Notes under the pieces: model-generated | Told to the model about the DNA's origin: nothing | Database searches by the model: none | Seen by the model: only the letters and a program-made list of their open reading frames with translations | Made by a program: the position numbers and the translations under genes | Shown here: one piece after another, positions 30,701 through 39,926 of the stretch | Layout: every line of letters starts with the position of its first letter | Position numbering within the stretch: position 1 is the stretch's first letter | IMG/VR virus record: IMGVR_UViG_3300042868_006787 | Span: 1 to 64,000 of that record | Source of the DNA: a virus | Length of the DNA stretch: 64,000 bases | Strand: one strand, 5' to 3'

Positions 30701-33700
30701 AGCCTTAGCGTTAGCAATTCTTTGTTCATACTCAAGTCTTAAAGAGTCTTGCATTTGTTGGCTTTGTTCTAAAGCCATTTTTTGCATAGCAACATTTGCT
30801 CCAGATGCCCTGCCAAGTTTTTCTTGTTGTCCTTTTTGACTATACCATAATGCTCCAGCACCAATTGCTGCACCGATTGCTGCGCCAATTGCAGTTCCAA
30901 CAACTGGAACAACTGATCCAGCAGTGGCACCAACTGCTGTAGCCCCTAACACTCCACCGCCAATCGCACCCATTGCACCTAAACCTATTGCGCCAACCTT
31001 TGTTTGTGTTTTTGTCATTGCTCCTGCTCCAGCAGATGATAAAAGTTTTGATTGTTTTGCCAAACCTTGACGTGATTCTTCCATCAGCGTTACTCTTAAC
31101 TTTAATGGGTCTTTCATTAGATTTTCTCCATTAACGCCAATCAAATCTATAAGTTTTGCATTAACACTAATTCCAAATGAATAGTCTCCTATTTCTGATG
31201 CTATGTTGGCAGCAATACTTCTGGCTTGTGCTGGATTAATTGCGCCCGCAGCAATTCCGGTTGCTAACTGATTTAATAATTGCCCCTGTGCAGATTGAGT
31301 CCCCCCAGTTTTAATAGATTCAGAAACACCAGACACCATAGATTTGCCTGTTTCAGACTTAACAAAGTTTTCGCCAAATGTTGTTTTACCAGTTTGGACT
31401 GCAAAAGGATTAAGAAGATTCCCCCTTCTTCTATCCATAATTTCTCCAGCACTTACCCTGTTTGAAAATATAGCAAGATCTTGTATTGCCTTATCTCCAC
31501 TTCCCATCGCCTCAGACATTTTCATAGCACTATCTTGTGCGCTATCAAATGCCCTTCTAATAAGAACAACAGATGCTGCTAACGCTGTTAATCCTGCTGC
31601 TGCTGCACCTAGTGGATTTGCAAGCATTGGAGCAATCATTGCTAACCCAGAAACTCCCATAGCAACATTTCCTAAACCAGTATTTCCTGTGGCATAACCA
31701 GCCATTGCAGCAGTTCCTGCAACCATAGACATTGGACCTGCTATGCTGGTCATACGGTTCATTCTTTGTGCTTTTGCTTCTCTTTTTGATTGTTTATCAT
31801 TTTGTGTATTTTCTTTAGATGAATCAGTATTTTTTTCTATTGCATCAATAAGTTTAGATTCTGGAACATATAGGCCACTTGCAGTTTGTGAAAATGATTT
31901 TCCAGTCATTAAGGATGAATCTTCTGCTCCACCCATTGCACCAGAAAATCTTGGACCCTTGACGCCGTATGGAAAAATTCTTGCCAAATTAGATGTAGGC
32001 ATAAGTCTTGTATCTCTTGGATTTGCTGTTATTGTTTTACCACTTGGTTTTGGTTCTCCAGTTTGTCCACCAACTACGCCAGTTTTTCCATCTTTAGTTT
32101 GATAAATTTCTCCTTTGGCTACTGCCAGAGTAGATGCTGTAGATTGGTAGCCTTTTGCTAAAGATTTATCTGAAAAATAAATTCTATTGGCCTTTGACCC
32201 ACGACCAAGACTTACCTCTTTTCCATCATTAGTTGTAACAATAAGACTCTTTGTTCCAGTTGCTCCAGATTGTCTTTGTCTTGTTTCAACTCTAAAATCT
32301 TTAATAATCCCAGCACGTTTTGCTTGCTCTAAAACTTGAGCGCTAGTTTGAGGGGTAGACCCTAATCCTTTTCCTAAAGAGTATCCGCCAATTCTGTCAT
32401 ACTGACTTAGCATTTTTTGATATGCTGGAGTAGATTTAATATTGTCAGGAACATTCTTAAAAGCATTTTCTATAACAGCATCAGTAACCCTTGGAGATCT
32501 TCTTATTTGATCCATCATTGCTGAATCAATTGCTTGAGTTTGTGATGAAGTTAGTCCTGAAGGTGCCCACTTGTTTGGGCGACTTGCCCATTCTCTTTCA
32601 AAATCGCCTAACGACACACCATTTCTTGTTGCCAAACCTTTATTTAGGTTAGGATCAAATGAAAGTGCTAAAGAACCATATGCTCTTGCTTCTGGAGATT
32701 TTCCTGTTGCTTTTAACACATCTCTATATACTTGGGCTTGAAGTTTTTCATTTTCTGTTAGTCTTCCTTGTGCAATTATGTCATCTATATTTGTTAATCT
32801 TCCCCCGCCTACGTGAGTATAGTCATCTCCTGCAGAAACAGTTCCCTTTCCGTATTTTTTAATTTTTCCAGTAACAAGCGCTGCCACAAGTGGTTTATAT
32901 CTATTATCTTGTGCAGTATCTGTAGGAATAACAGCCTCTCCTGGCATTAATAAAGATGGGACAGAATCTTTTCCTGGAGTTCCACCGACAACGCCAGTTG
33001 TGCCTGATGCAAATTTCTTAGGGCCAAGATTTCTAAATCCTGGATTCATCATTCCTGGATTTGTTCTGGCAAAATTTGCTGCTGCTACTGTTGCGTCAAT
33101 ATATGCTTTTCTTAATGCTTGAACTGCTACTGCTTCTATTGTAAATGATTGAGTAAGTCTGTTGTGCGCCTGATCCAATGAAGTTGCAACTGTTGCTGCT
33201 TCTAGTTGTTCTGAATTTAAATAATTTGTTTGATCAGCCAAAACTTTGGTACTAGCCCCAGATTTTAAAAATCCAGCCCTTAGTGTTCCAAACAATTTAA
33301 CAATATTTGCCGTAGCATTTAAAACTAAACCAAATGTCATTAACAACACAGGGCCAATAACTCCAACTAAAGTTCCTGCTACAACAATAAACTTTTTAGT
33401 ACCTTCACTCAAATTATCAAATTTATCTAATAAGGATCCTATAACCTTTACCATAGGAGTTACGGCTTGCAAAAATGTTTTTCCTATTGGCGCAATTGCA
33501 ACTTTTAATTTTTCAACAGATTCTCTAAAGTCAGTTCCTATAGCATTTTCTACAGTCTTTAATTCTCGTTCAGATAAAATTGCAAGTTCTTCAATTGACG
33601 CTGAGGCAAGGCCTAAGACCTTAGAAGCCTGAGTGCCTTCTTTTGTTATGTTCTGAAATAGTGTTGATAAACGTGAAAATTGAAACTTGCCGAATAGTTG

Positions 33701-35017
33701 TTCAATTGCACGGGAGCGATTTAGCGGATCTAGTGTGTCTAATGCCTGAGCAAAATCTACAACTGTTTCTCTAATATTGCCTTGGTTGCCCTCAACAATT
33801 GCTTTAATGTTAACTCCAAAACCAGCCAACATTTCGCTAGCCTTTTTGCTTGGATTAATTAATGATGCAAGACCAGACTTAAGTGCGTTAGCGCCTTCTG
33901 ATGCATTAATTCCTCCTTCTTTCATTGCGGTTAAGAAAAATGCTAAATCTTCAACAGATCCGCCAAGTTGTTTTATTACTGGGCCTGCTTTGGGGATTGC
34001 AACAGTTAAATCTTCAATAGATACTACAGTTTGGTTTTCTACTGCGTTAAGGAAGTTAATTTTACTTGCTAGGTCTTCTGCTGCTATTCCAAAAGCGTTT
34101 GTTACTGATATGGTCGTTTCTAGTGCTTGTTCTTGTTCTACCCCGCCAAGAACTGCAAGACGAGTTGCTTGTGCTACTTGTGCTGTAAGGTCTGCTCCAG
34201 TTTTACCCATTGCTGCTGCTTTGGCAGCCATTTCCATAGTTTCAGTAACTGCGACACCATATTTAGTAAACCCTTCAGCAAGAAGTTGTATTTCTTTTAA
34301 TGCTTTATTAGTTTCATCTGCAGTTGTAAAAATATCTCCATAGACACGTTTAAATTTAATGGCTTGTGCTTCAAGATCCATAAATGTTTTTGATGCTGCT
34401 GTTCCAAAATATGCAAGTGGTATTGTAAAACCTACCATTAATTGACGACCTGCCCACTGAGTGTTTTTACCAAAATTTAAAAGATTTGTAGATCCTTGCT
34501 TTAATAGTTGATTAAATAATGCTTGTTTCTGTGCTGCTAGCGCTGTTTTAGTTGCATAGTCATTCATGTCCAATGTTCTTGGAGTAATTGACATTGCCTT
34601 AATTGCTCCAGATGCATCACGACCCATTTTAATATATTGAGTCTGCATCTTTTTAACACGTTCTTCAGCAACTTTCCCGATAGTGTTAAATTCTTGTTTA
34701 AATAATTTTCCAAAAGTTCTGGTAGATCCGCCTGCATAACGGAAATACTCACGCATTGAAAGTTTGTTTGTTTCAAGTGAGTGAGTAAAGGATTCTGTAG
34801 AACTTCTTACTAATCCCATTTGGGCAGTAAATTTGCCCGTAGCATTAATTGAATTTAAAAGATTAGTAGATAGATTTTTTTGCGCTGCGACAGAGGCTGC
34901 GCTGCCTTTTGATAGAGATGAATGAAAGGCTGCTAGTTGCCTCTGTAAACTTTTTAATTCTGCTAAAGCGGCGGATGCATCTATACTTACGCCAATTTTA
35001 GCGTTTACATCAGCCAT
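27794..35017 (-). CDS. Tape measure protein with C-terminal LysM
   Basis: 2407 aa, TP901-like core (ASEGANALKSGL), TM/Gly-zipper segments, coiled coils, LysM at about 28142-28300. Confidence 0.93.
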   Translation of the reverse strand: MADVNAKIGVSIDASAALAELKSLQRQLAAFHSSLSKGSAASVAAQKNLSTNLLNSINATGKFTAQMGLVRSSTESFTHSLETNKLSMREYFRYAGGSTRTFGKLFKQEFNTIGKVAEERVKKMQTQYIKMGRDASGAIKAMSITPRTLDMNDYATKTALAAQKQALFNQLLKQGSTNLLNFGKNTQWAGRQLMVGFTIPLAYFGTAASKTFMDLEAQAIKFKRVYGDIFTTADETNKALKEIQLLAEGFTKYGVAVTETMEMAAKAAAMGKTGADLTAQVAQATRLAVLGGVEQEQALETTISVTNAFGIAAEDLASKINFLNAVENQTVVSIEDLTVAIPKAGPVIKQLGGSVEDLAFFLTAMKEGGINASEGANALKSGLASLINPSKKASEMLAGFGVNIKAIVEGNQGNIRETVVDFAQALDTLDPLNRSRAIEQLFGKFQFSRLSTLFQNITKEGTQASKVLGLASASIEELAILSERELKTVENAIGTDFRESVEKLKVAIAPIGKTFLQAVTPMVKVIGSLLDKFDNLSEGTKKFIVVAGTLVGVIGPVLLMTFGLVLNATANIVKLFGTLRAGFLKSGASTKVLADQTNYLNSEQLEAATVATSLDQAHNRLTQSFTIEAVAVQALRKAYIDATVAAANFARTNPGMMNPGFRNLGPKKFASGTTGVVGGTPGKDSVPSLLMPGEAVIPTDTAQDNRYKPLVAALVTGKIKKYGKGTVSAGDDYTHVGGGRLTNIDDIIAQGRLTENEKLQAQVYRDVLKATGKSPEARAYGSLALSFDPNLNKGLATRNGVSLGDFEREWASRPNKWAPSGLTSSQTQAIDSAMMDQIRRSPRVTDAVIENAFKNVPDNIKSTPAYQKMLSQYDRIGGYSLGKGLGSTPQTSAQVLEQAKRAGIIKDFRVETRQRQSGATGTKSLIVTTNDGKEVSLGRGSKANRIYFSDKSLAKGYQSTASTLAVAKGEIYQTKDGKTGVVGGQTGEPKPSGKTITANPRDTRLMPTSNLARIFPYGVKGPRFSGAMGGAEDSSLMTGKSFSQTASGLYVPESKLIDAIEKNTDSSKENTQNDKQSKREAKAQRMNRMTSIAGPMSMVAGTAAMAGYATGNTGLGNVAMGVSGLAMIAPMLANPLGAAAAGLTALAASVVLIRRAFDSAQDSAMKMSEAMGSGDKAIQDLAIFSNRVSAGEIMDRRRGNLLNPFAVQTGKTTFGENFVKSETGKSMVSGVSESIKTGGTQSAQGQLLNQLATGIAAGAINPAQARSIAANIASEIGDYSFGISVNAKLIDLIGVNGENLMKDPLKLRVTLMEESRQGLAKQSKLLSSAGAGAMTKTQTKVGAIGLGAMGAIGGGVLGATAVGATAGSVVPVVGTAIGAAIGAAIGAGALWYSQKGQQEKLGRASGANVAMQKMALEQSQQMQDSLRLEYEQRIANAKAAGDTVKAIQLQNEYQRANTTLLEQNGKLVTDIQNTYKNSSGAVRGALETGLDKQITSKYKDTAMADIAPLATDLLGGSSLSKEAQFTLKMQLASGQMDPMQIVNLMETFGQDSETLTKVMNIVTKFGGAFANQAMSVVNLFQDKNGNPLKEQQTKFIADISGKTSEEAEKYLKLFADISRVGNVMDIEVALTYYSNNPIEAANLQSTIDKINEQKGKIDLEIATKILGAKEMEVLRKDQEYFSNLPPEQQKVYLQTLTTVANIEGNNAEAIQNWLTQNPDKTVLDYLAELAQKVTKISIDNTIPGGNKNVQSGNRDTTFDDILINLKRTRDATINATKGAGELLRVLGGAKDIKIFNGIDQQLASLGANTDFIDWVGGAEKAIQNKLIKVAKDGIVTITALGKAAQKAFDEKALGLFNAEQINAINGAQAQRTAFVRLTAAGVNQAQALELVADANLAIAISRIKDIKELEKWIETYKTAKDLIDKTARQNDPITAFRNDMAKVSEMLDVQEQQARAKYQPEIDRVNGLIEANEKAIEAKQRYSEITYDRPIQQRQSEITELNHDLSLIEKTASTITEKYGKQRDALEQVYSINQRIADQQKSKISLADALTTGDISQAAQIVQDIRNQEQVYAKEQSLNALEIAQTNEINALRSAGGLSKLQIEQKIYTLGEEIYSLEQKQAVVAAEIVVLQDKNYNLKVGELAKAQGLLDNEIKLIEQQRLKYAEAELAIKSAEVKTKDYIKALESAENVLKRMAILWATLGSKTSADLGGITGAVEDPKDKIKNDEEKDKPPAKTNLISVTAKNGQTLSSIAKANNTTVKELLAINPVLTSNPKYNNGNTIFNGTTVKVPGKMYGGVVSGSGMLDKVPTMLTPGEFVMNRAASQKFGPLLERMNESKYPGSLSLGGTPAVNVVSNNSAKNSNTSVYNYSLSVGVNGTSASPDDIARTVITQIRNMDAQRLRGNRY

Positions 35018-35036
35018 TCATTTACACCCCGTTTAT

Positions 35037-35372
35037 TTATTCGTTATTTGCAAGTACTGTATTTAAAAGAGCATTTGCATCTGCTAATTTAATTCCAGAG
35101 GCTGCTTCAATAATTTTATAAGTTGTTGGAAGATCTAATATTTCTTCTAACTTATCAATGTCTTTAGATAATTCAGGACTAAATTGCTCCATAGCAATTT
35201 GAGCACATTCTACGAGTAATGTCATAGACTTATCATTATCTTCGGCTACTGCTGCGACCTGCTCAAACTTCTTCATAAATGGTCTTAACAACGAAAGTTT
35301 TAGTGGTCTAACACTAATCTTTGTTCCATCCATCAAGACGAGTTCTGTTCCTTCTGATTTTACTGTTGGCAT
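35037..35372 (-). CDS. Tail assembly chaperone, short (G-like)
   Basis: Between tail tube and tape measure; paralogous to the N-terminal half of 35434..36114. Confidence 0.7.
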   Translation of the reverse strand: MPTVKSEGTELVLMDGTKISVRPLKLSLLRPFMKKFEQVAAVAEDNDKSMTLLVECAQIAMEQFSPELSKDIDKLEEILDLPTTYKIIEAASGIKLADANALLNTVLANNE

Positions 35373-35402
35373 ATACTTCCCTTCCTGTTTAGGTTGAACT
35401 TA

Positions 35403-35411
35403 ATTATATCA
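35403..35411 (-). promoter_or_regulatory. Extended -10 promoter TGATATAAT
   Basis: Intergenic, followed by a purine-rich RBS (GGAAGGGAAG) and ATG 35372. Confidence 0.65.
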
Positions 35412-35433
35412 CAAAACCTTGTTTTTTTATACA

Positions 35434-36114
35434 TTAATTTAGATTTTCATAATCTAACCCCATGCCAATGCCAAAGCCTGCTCTCCTCGCTTTGTCGCCT
35501 TTATAGGTAAGAATGTCATTATCTTGTCTTCCGCCATTAAATACTTTATTTTTTAACTTAGTCCAGGGGTCTTCTTCTTGTGGTTTATTCTTATCTAAAT
35601 CAATACCCTGGATAGCAGCAAGAAATTTTTTCTCTTCATTATCAACTTCTCTTTTTGATTTAAGAATGGCCATTAGTTCTGGCATAGATATAGAAGTTTC
35701 TAATTCATTGTAGTCTTTCCATATTCCCAGCAAAAATGCTTCTGATTCTAATTTTACTAAATCTAGATCTGCCCAAACCGATTTGTCCTCTGTAACGTTT
35801 TTTGCCACGGAATCTTTTGAGTCTTTATTGACTTTGATCCCTGCTGCTACATCTAATATTTCAAATATTGTCGGCATGTCAAAATTGTCCTCTACATCTT
35901 TTTTATTTTTAGACCATTCTGGATGAAACTGTTTCATGCATATTCTAATGCACTCAATCAAAACATCTGTGGCTTCATCATCGCCATTAGTATCTTTGAC
36001 TAATTGAAAGGTATCCATAAATTCCCTTAAATATTTAATTTTTAAAGGACTAACTTCTATTTCAAAATTATCAACAGAGTATACATTTTTAATATCATAA
36101 ACAGTGTTTGCCAT
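35434..36114 (-). CDS. Tail assembly chaperone, long (GT-like)
   Basis: G-like N-terminal half plus C-terminal W..Y.ELE.S.SMPEL domain; synteny. Confidence 0.7.
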   Translation of the reverse strand: MANTVYDIKNVYSVDNFEIEVSPLKIKYLREFMDTFQLVKDTNGDDEATDVLIECIRICMKQFHPEWSKNKKDVEDNFDMPTIFEILDVAAGIKVNKDSKDSVAKNVTEDKSVWADLDLVKLESEAFLLGIWKDYNELETSISMPELMAILKSKREVDNEEKKFLAAIQGIDLDKNKPQEEDPWTKLKNKVFNGGRQDNDILTYKGDKARRAGFGIGMGLDYENLN

Positions 36115-36120
36115 AATTCC

Positions 36121-36129
36121 ATTATATCA
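36121..36129 (-). promoter_or_regulatory. Extended -10 TGATATAAT, leaderless
   Basis: 6 nt before ATG 36114; no SD. Confidence 0.65.
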
Positions 36130-36162
36130 AAAAAAAGACCCACCAGTTTGACTAGTGGGCCC
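36129..36162 (-). terminator. Rho-independent terminator after the major tail gene
   Basis: GGCCCACTAG-TCAAA-CTGGTGGGTC followed by a T-run. Confidence 0.85.
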
Positions 36163-36183
36163 TTCTTTTCTTTATTAAGTTTT

Positions 36184-36828
36184 TTATGAACCTTGGATTG
36201 TACGGTCAATAATTTTTCCGTAAGATCCTGTTGAGTCTTCTGGTAGAAGACGGAAAGTAACATCAAACATTGTTGCTGTGTCACGCTTTGCTGATACTGT
36301 AACATTTTCAATAGAAAGTGCACGGTATGCAACATAAACACGCTCAACGCTAGATGACTCGTCACAATCACCTGTTCCTGGACCTACTGCAATCAAAGCA
36401 CGCTCTACTGGACATTCACCGATATCGCCAGAAGCGAGGTTGAGTGTGCGTCCTGCAGATGTTGTTTTGCTGCCTGAAAGATCATCGCCTTGTCCTGCGA
36501 TTGAGAACAATAGATTTTCTAGAGTTGCTTCTGCAAAAGAAGTAGCAAGTGTTACTTGCATACCTTGTTTGTAAAGTTTTGCAACGTCAAGAATTTGGTC
36601 TACTTGAACTTCGCCGAAATCAGGTTGGAATGTGATTTCAATACCATTACTTGTATATCCTACGTTTTCAATTCCGCCAGCGATATTAGCGCTATTAGAT
36701 AGAGTCGTTTTGTAAGACTCAGTTGAAACGAAAGCAGGGACAGTTCCTGGTGTTAATGTACTATCTGCTGTAAACAGTGCAGCAGCGCCAACGATAATAT
36801 CGCTAGATGTACCTCTTGTATATGCCAT
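36184..36828 (-). CDS. Major tail (tube) protein
   Basis: IIVGAAALF, NVGYTSNGIEITFQP, TSFAEATLENL; strong RBS GAGGTG; followed by a terminator. Confidence 0.85.
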   Translation of the reverse strand: MAYTRGTSSDIIVGAAALFTADSTLTPGTVPAFVSTESYKTTLSNSANIAGGIENVGYTSNGIEITFQPDFGEVQVDQILDVAKLYKQGMQVTLATSFAEATLENLLFSIAGQGDDLSGSKTTSAGRTLNLASGDIGECPVERALIAVGPGTGDCDESSSVERVYVAYRALSIENVTVSAKRDTATMFDVTFRLLPEDSTGSYGKIIDRTIQGS

Positions 36829-36897
36829 TTATTCACCTCTTTTTGTGGTTAGTATATGGACGATTTGTTTCCTCATCCATAATTATACAGCCTTTTA

Positions 36898-37512
36898 TTA
36901 TGATTCTTCTTGTGGCCATTGTGGATGTAATGGCCTATCAAATTCAAGAAAGTCTATATTGTCTTTTAGATGATAGTCGTATTCTACTATGTACTTGTGA
37001 ACACTTCCCCTTCTGTATCCGTCCAACTCAACCAAGTCTTGAGACTCGTCTGCTTGAAAGACCCTGATGCTTCTAAAAAATACTTTCATGGGTAACTCTT
37101 TTGCAACAAGGCTTGCTTTGTTATCGGTCATCCATTTATTTAAATCTTGAGCAGAGTAGTCTTCTCGATCTAGGACCGCTAGCATTACATTTCCAATATT
37201 AGTACAACTTTCAATATCTCCGTATACTGTATACAAAACTTGCTCTCTTTTGCCTACTGGAAAAGCGCTAGATCTTAGGCGCATCATTCGGTCATAAAAT
37301 AAAACAGCAGGAAGTTTTTCATTTGCCGATGTCTGTAAATCCTGATAAATGTCTGAAATATTAACTGCTTGTGCTGCAGGCAAAAATGGAATATATGATG
37401 GTACATTTGGATTTATAGCCATGTTTATATCTTCATATTTACTAAATTGCTCATGCAAATACTCATTGATATATGATGCTGGAAAATCAAAGTTTGCTCT
37501 GGCGAGTACCAT
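36898..37512 (-). CDS. Putative tail terminator/completion protein
   Basis: Position just upstream of the tail tube gene. Confidence 0.5.
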   Translation of the reverse strand: MVLARANFDFPASYINEYLHEQFSKYEDINMAINPNVPSYIPFLPAAQAVNISDIYQDLQTSANEKLPAVLFYDRMMRLRSSAFPVGKREQVLYTVYGDIESCTNIGNVMLAVLDREDYSAQDLNKWMTDNKASLVAKELPMKVFFRSIRVFQADESQDLVELDGYRRGSVHKYIVEYDYHLKDNIDFLEFDRPLHPQWPQEES

Positions 37513-37516
37513 ATTA

Positions 37517-38194
37517 CTATTCTACCTCAACTTTTGCATTAACCATCCATTTAAATCCCGTTGCTTTTCCTACTGACCTACCGCCTTTAATTCCTGCTGT
37601 AAAATTCTTTTTATATATCTTAGGATTATCTAGGTATTGATAAAGGCCTGTTGAGGTTAAAAATGATTGAGCAAAGTATGTGTTCATAAATCCATCAAAT
37701 ACTTTTTCGTAAGACCCTTTAACCTCTCTTCCTCCAGGGGAGTTATTAACTATTGTTTTTTTAGTAAATACTGTGACTCCGTCGTCCTCAAAAACAAGGA
37801 CATTGCTATTCTTTGGCTTTATAACAACAGGAACTCCTTCTTCCATAATTTTTGCCTTATTATAAAATGGTTCATAAGATCCAGATTGAATAGATTGAGA
37901 TTGTCTAAATTTAGAAGTAATAGATATTCCTAGACTTGTTACTCTATATTCAATGTCAAACAATCTTTGTCCCCTATTGCCTGTTTGGTACCATTCATAT
38001 ACGTGGTGCAATGCTTGTGGGTTACCTCTTGCCATAGCGTCTATGTATAATTTTAATCCCTCAATAGTTCCCCTTGCAAGATTATCTAAAAATATTTTTT
38101 TGCCATCTTCGGCTCCTTCTAAAAATCCAAAGGAGTACTCAACCATATTGTCTAGTTGTTTTTGAAAAAGTTTAGTATTTAACCTAACTAACAT
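37517..38194 (-). CDS. Putative neck/tail completion protein (start likely 38194)
   Basis: Synteny; TAATG coupling; LHHVYEW motif. Confidence 0.5.
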   Translation of the reverse strand: MLVRLNTKLFQKQLDNMVEYSFGFLEGAEDGKKIFLDNLARGTIEGLKLYIDAMARGNPQALHHVYEWYQTGNRGQRLFDIEYRVTSLGISITSKFRQSQSIQSGSYEPFYNKAKIMEEGVPVVIKPKNSNVLVFEDDGVTVFTKKTIVNNSPGGREVKGSYEKVFDGFMNTYFAQSFLTSTGLYQYLDNPKIYKKNFTAGIKGGRSVGKATGFKWMVNAKVEVE

Positions 38195-38640
38195 TAATCT
38201 ACCGACGCTTGGCTTTCGGTACGTCTCCAAACCATCTGATATGACTCTACGTTTCCAAAAGGGCCGACAAAGGGCTGTATTGTTGCAATTTCATAGATTG
38301 TACCTTTTCCAGAACGAATACCAGATGTTTCTTTATATATCATATTTCCATGCATATCTCTTACGTTTGTAATCAATATGTCAGTAATTGCATATGGCTT
38401 ATCAAGAGATGAAATTCTTAGATCTGTTGAGGATCTTGCAATTAGTTTGTTGTTAAGTTGAGAAATCATTTTTGGATCTAATTCTTCAATATTTTTTCTA
38501 GTAGAAGGGGCAGCATTGCAGGCAATTGTTCTATCGACTAGCCATTCTTTTTTTATTTCTCCATAACCACCTTGGGTAGATATTGCATAATAAATATCTG
38601 CACACATTGGATGTATAAAGTCATTTGGTTCGCATAACAT
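38194..38640 (-). CDS. Putative head closure (stopper) protein
   Basis: Synteny; GGYGEIKKEW, YEIATIQP. Confidence 0.55.
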   Translation of the reverse strand: MLCEPNDFIHPMCADIYYAISTQGGYGEIKKEWLVDRTIACNAAPSTRKNIEELDPKMISQLNNKLIARSSTDLRISSLDKPYAITDILITNVRDMHGNMIYKETSGIRSGKGTIYEIATIQPFVGPFGNVESYQMVWRRTESQASVD

Positions 38641-39548
38641 TAAATCACTCCAGGTTTGACAATATTGGTTACATATTTGTCTAAAATTTTATCAACTATC
38701 ATGTTTCCAGTACCTTCTAAAATTTTCTTATTAAATTGAATTTTATATTGATCTGTGTCGTATGAAGTAACATATCTTTTGTAGTAATCTAATTTTCCAC
38801 ATTTTAAATCTTCTATTAATAAAGTAGTGGCATATTTTACATCTTCGGGAACTGTTTTATATCCTGCGTCTAAAACAAAAATATAATCATATCCTCTTGG
38901 GAAGTCTACAATTCTTCCACTTCCAACAGACCCCAAATCTCCGTATGCTGGTGGTAACACAATTGAACCTTGTTCAACACGGTTATACTGTGAATCAAAA
39001 TAACGTTGTATTCCTGAGTTGTCGGCTGTAATATTAAATGTGTATATGTTGTCATCTGGAGTTTCAAAATCATAAATTAAAATATTATTTTCGTATACTT
39101 TTAAAATTTTGTTAAACCTTTTCCAAATACTAAAATAATCAGAGCCTTGACCGACTCCTTGAATTATTTCTTTTGAATTATAAAAACCACCCTGGACAAC
39201 TGTATCTATAATTGATCTAGCAATCATCTCTAACTGTGTGTATTCTGATACTTCAGATGCGGTTGATCCAAGCAGGTTTGGGTCAATGTATGGTCTTTTT
39301 ATTTCTATTGTGTCCTCTATAACAATGTTTTCATCTTCGTCTAATACTTGAAACAAAAAATTTCTATCCAATAATAAATCTGACTGGGGAAATGCATATG
39401 TAACTTTAGAGCCTGTCGTAGATGTTACATTTGAACTCTGTAACACATGATCTGCCAAATCTTCAACGTAAATTGTATAGTCACTATTTGCATCTGGAAC
39501 ATCCCAGGTAGTTACTTTAGGGTATGTAGGAACTCTTAATATATCCAT
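38640..39548 (-). CDS. Head-tail adaptor protein
   Basis: ARSIID...AGYKTVPEDVKYAT...VDKILDKY adaptor pattern. Confidence 0.7.
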   Translation of the reverse strand: MDILRVPTYPKVTTWDVPDANSDYTIYVEDLADHVLQSSNVTSTTGSKVTYAFPQSDLLLDRNFLFQVLDEDENIVIEDTIEIKRPYIDPNLLGSTASEVSEYTQLEMIARSIIDTVVQGGFYNSKEIIQGVGQGSDYFSIWKRFNKILKVYENNILIYDFETPDDNIYTFNITADNSGIQRYFDSQYNRVEQGSIVLPPAYGDLGSVGSGRIVDFPRGYDYIFVLDAGYKTVPEDVKYATTLLIEDLKCGKLDYYKRYVTSYDTDQYKIQFNKKILEGTGNMIVDKILDKYVTNIVKPGVI

Positions 39549-39549
39549 G

Positions 39550-39840
39550 TTATAGACCGTACTCCTTTGCTACCTCTTCTGGACTTGCAATTCTAATCCC
39601 TGGCCTTGTAAGCCATTTTTCAGCATTAATTCTTTCTACTATGTTGTAGCCTTTTAATATTTTTCCAAAACCTGAAGAGTATATGTTTTTGTTAGAATAT
39701 ATGGCTACGTTGTCTTTTACGGGCTTTTCTTTTTTTTCTTTGATTTCTGAGAATGACTCTGAAGATGCAACAACAGTACCAAATACATTATCAGCAATTG
39801 GTCCAAGGGATTGTATATTTTTTTGTTTAACATCAGACAT
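39550..39840 (-). CDS. Hypothetical protein after the capsid gene
   Basis: 96 aa, own TGATATAAT (39858-39866) and GGAGG. Confidence 0.75.
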   Translation of the reverse strand: MSDVKQKNIQSLGPIADNVFGTVVASSESFSEIKEKKEKPVKDNVAIYSNKNIYSSGFGKILKGYNIVERINAEKWLTRPGIRIASPEEVAKEYGL

Positions 39841-39876
39841 AGTATCCTCCTTCTTGTATTATATCATTATAAATAG

Positions 39877-39910
39877 AAAAGGGGGACAAGAGAATTAACT
39901 CTCATCCCCC
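39877..39910 (-). terminator. Rho-independent terminator after the major capsid gene
   Basis: GGGGGATGAGAG-TTAA-TTCTCTTGTCCCCC then TTTT. Confidence 0.8.
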
Positions 39911-39926
39911 AAAAACTGTTTACAGA

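Noticed and set aside
35061-35067. Slippery heptamer T TTA AAT near the end of the short chaperone gene
   Set aside because: The -1 frame stops after about five further codons (TAC AGT ACT TGC AAA TAA) and only 19 nt separate the gene from the tape measure, so no T extension is possible
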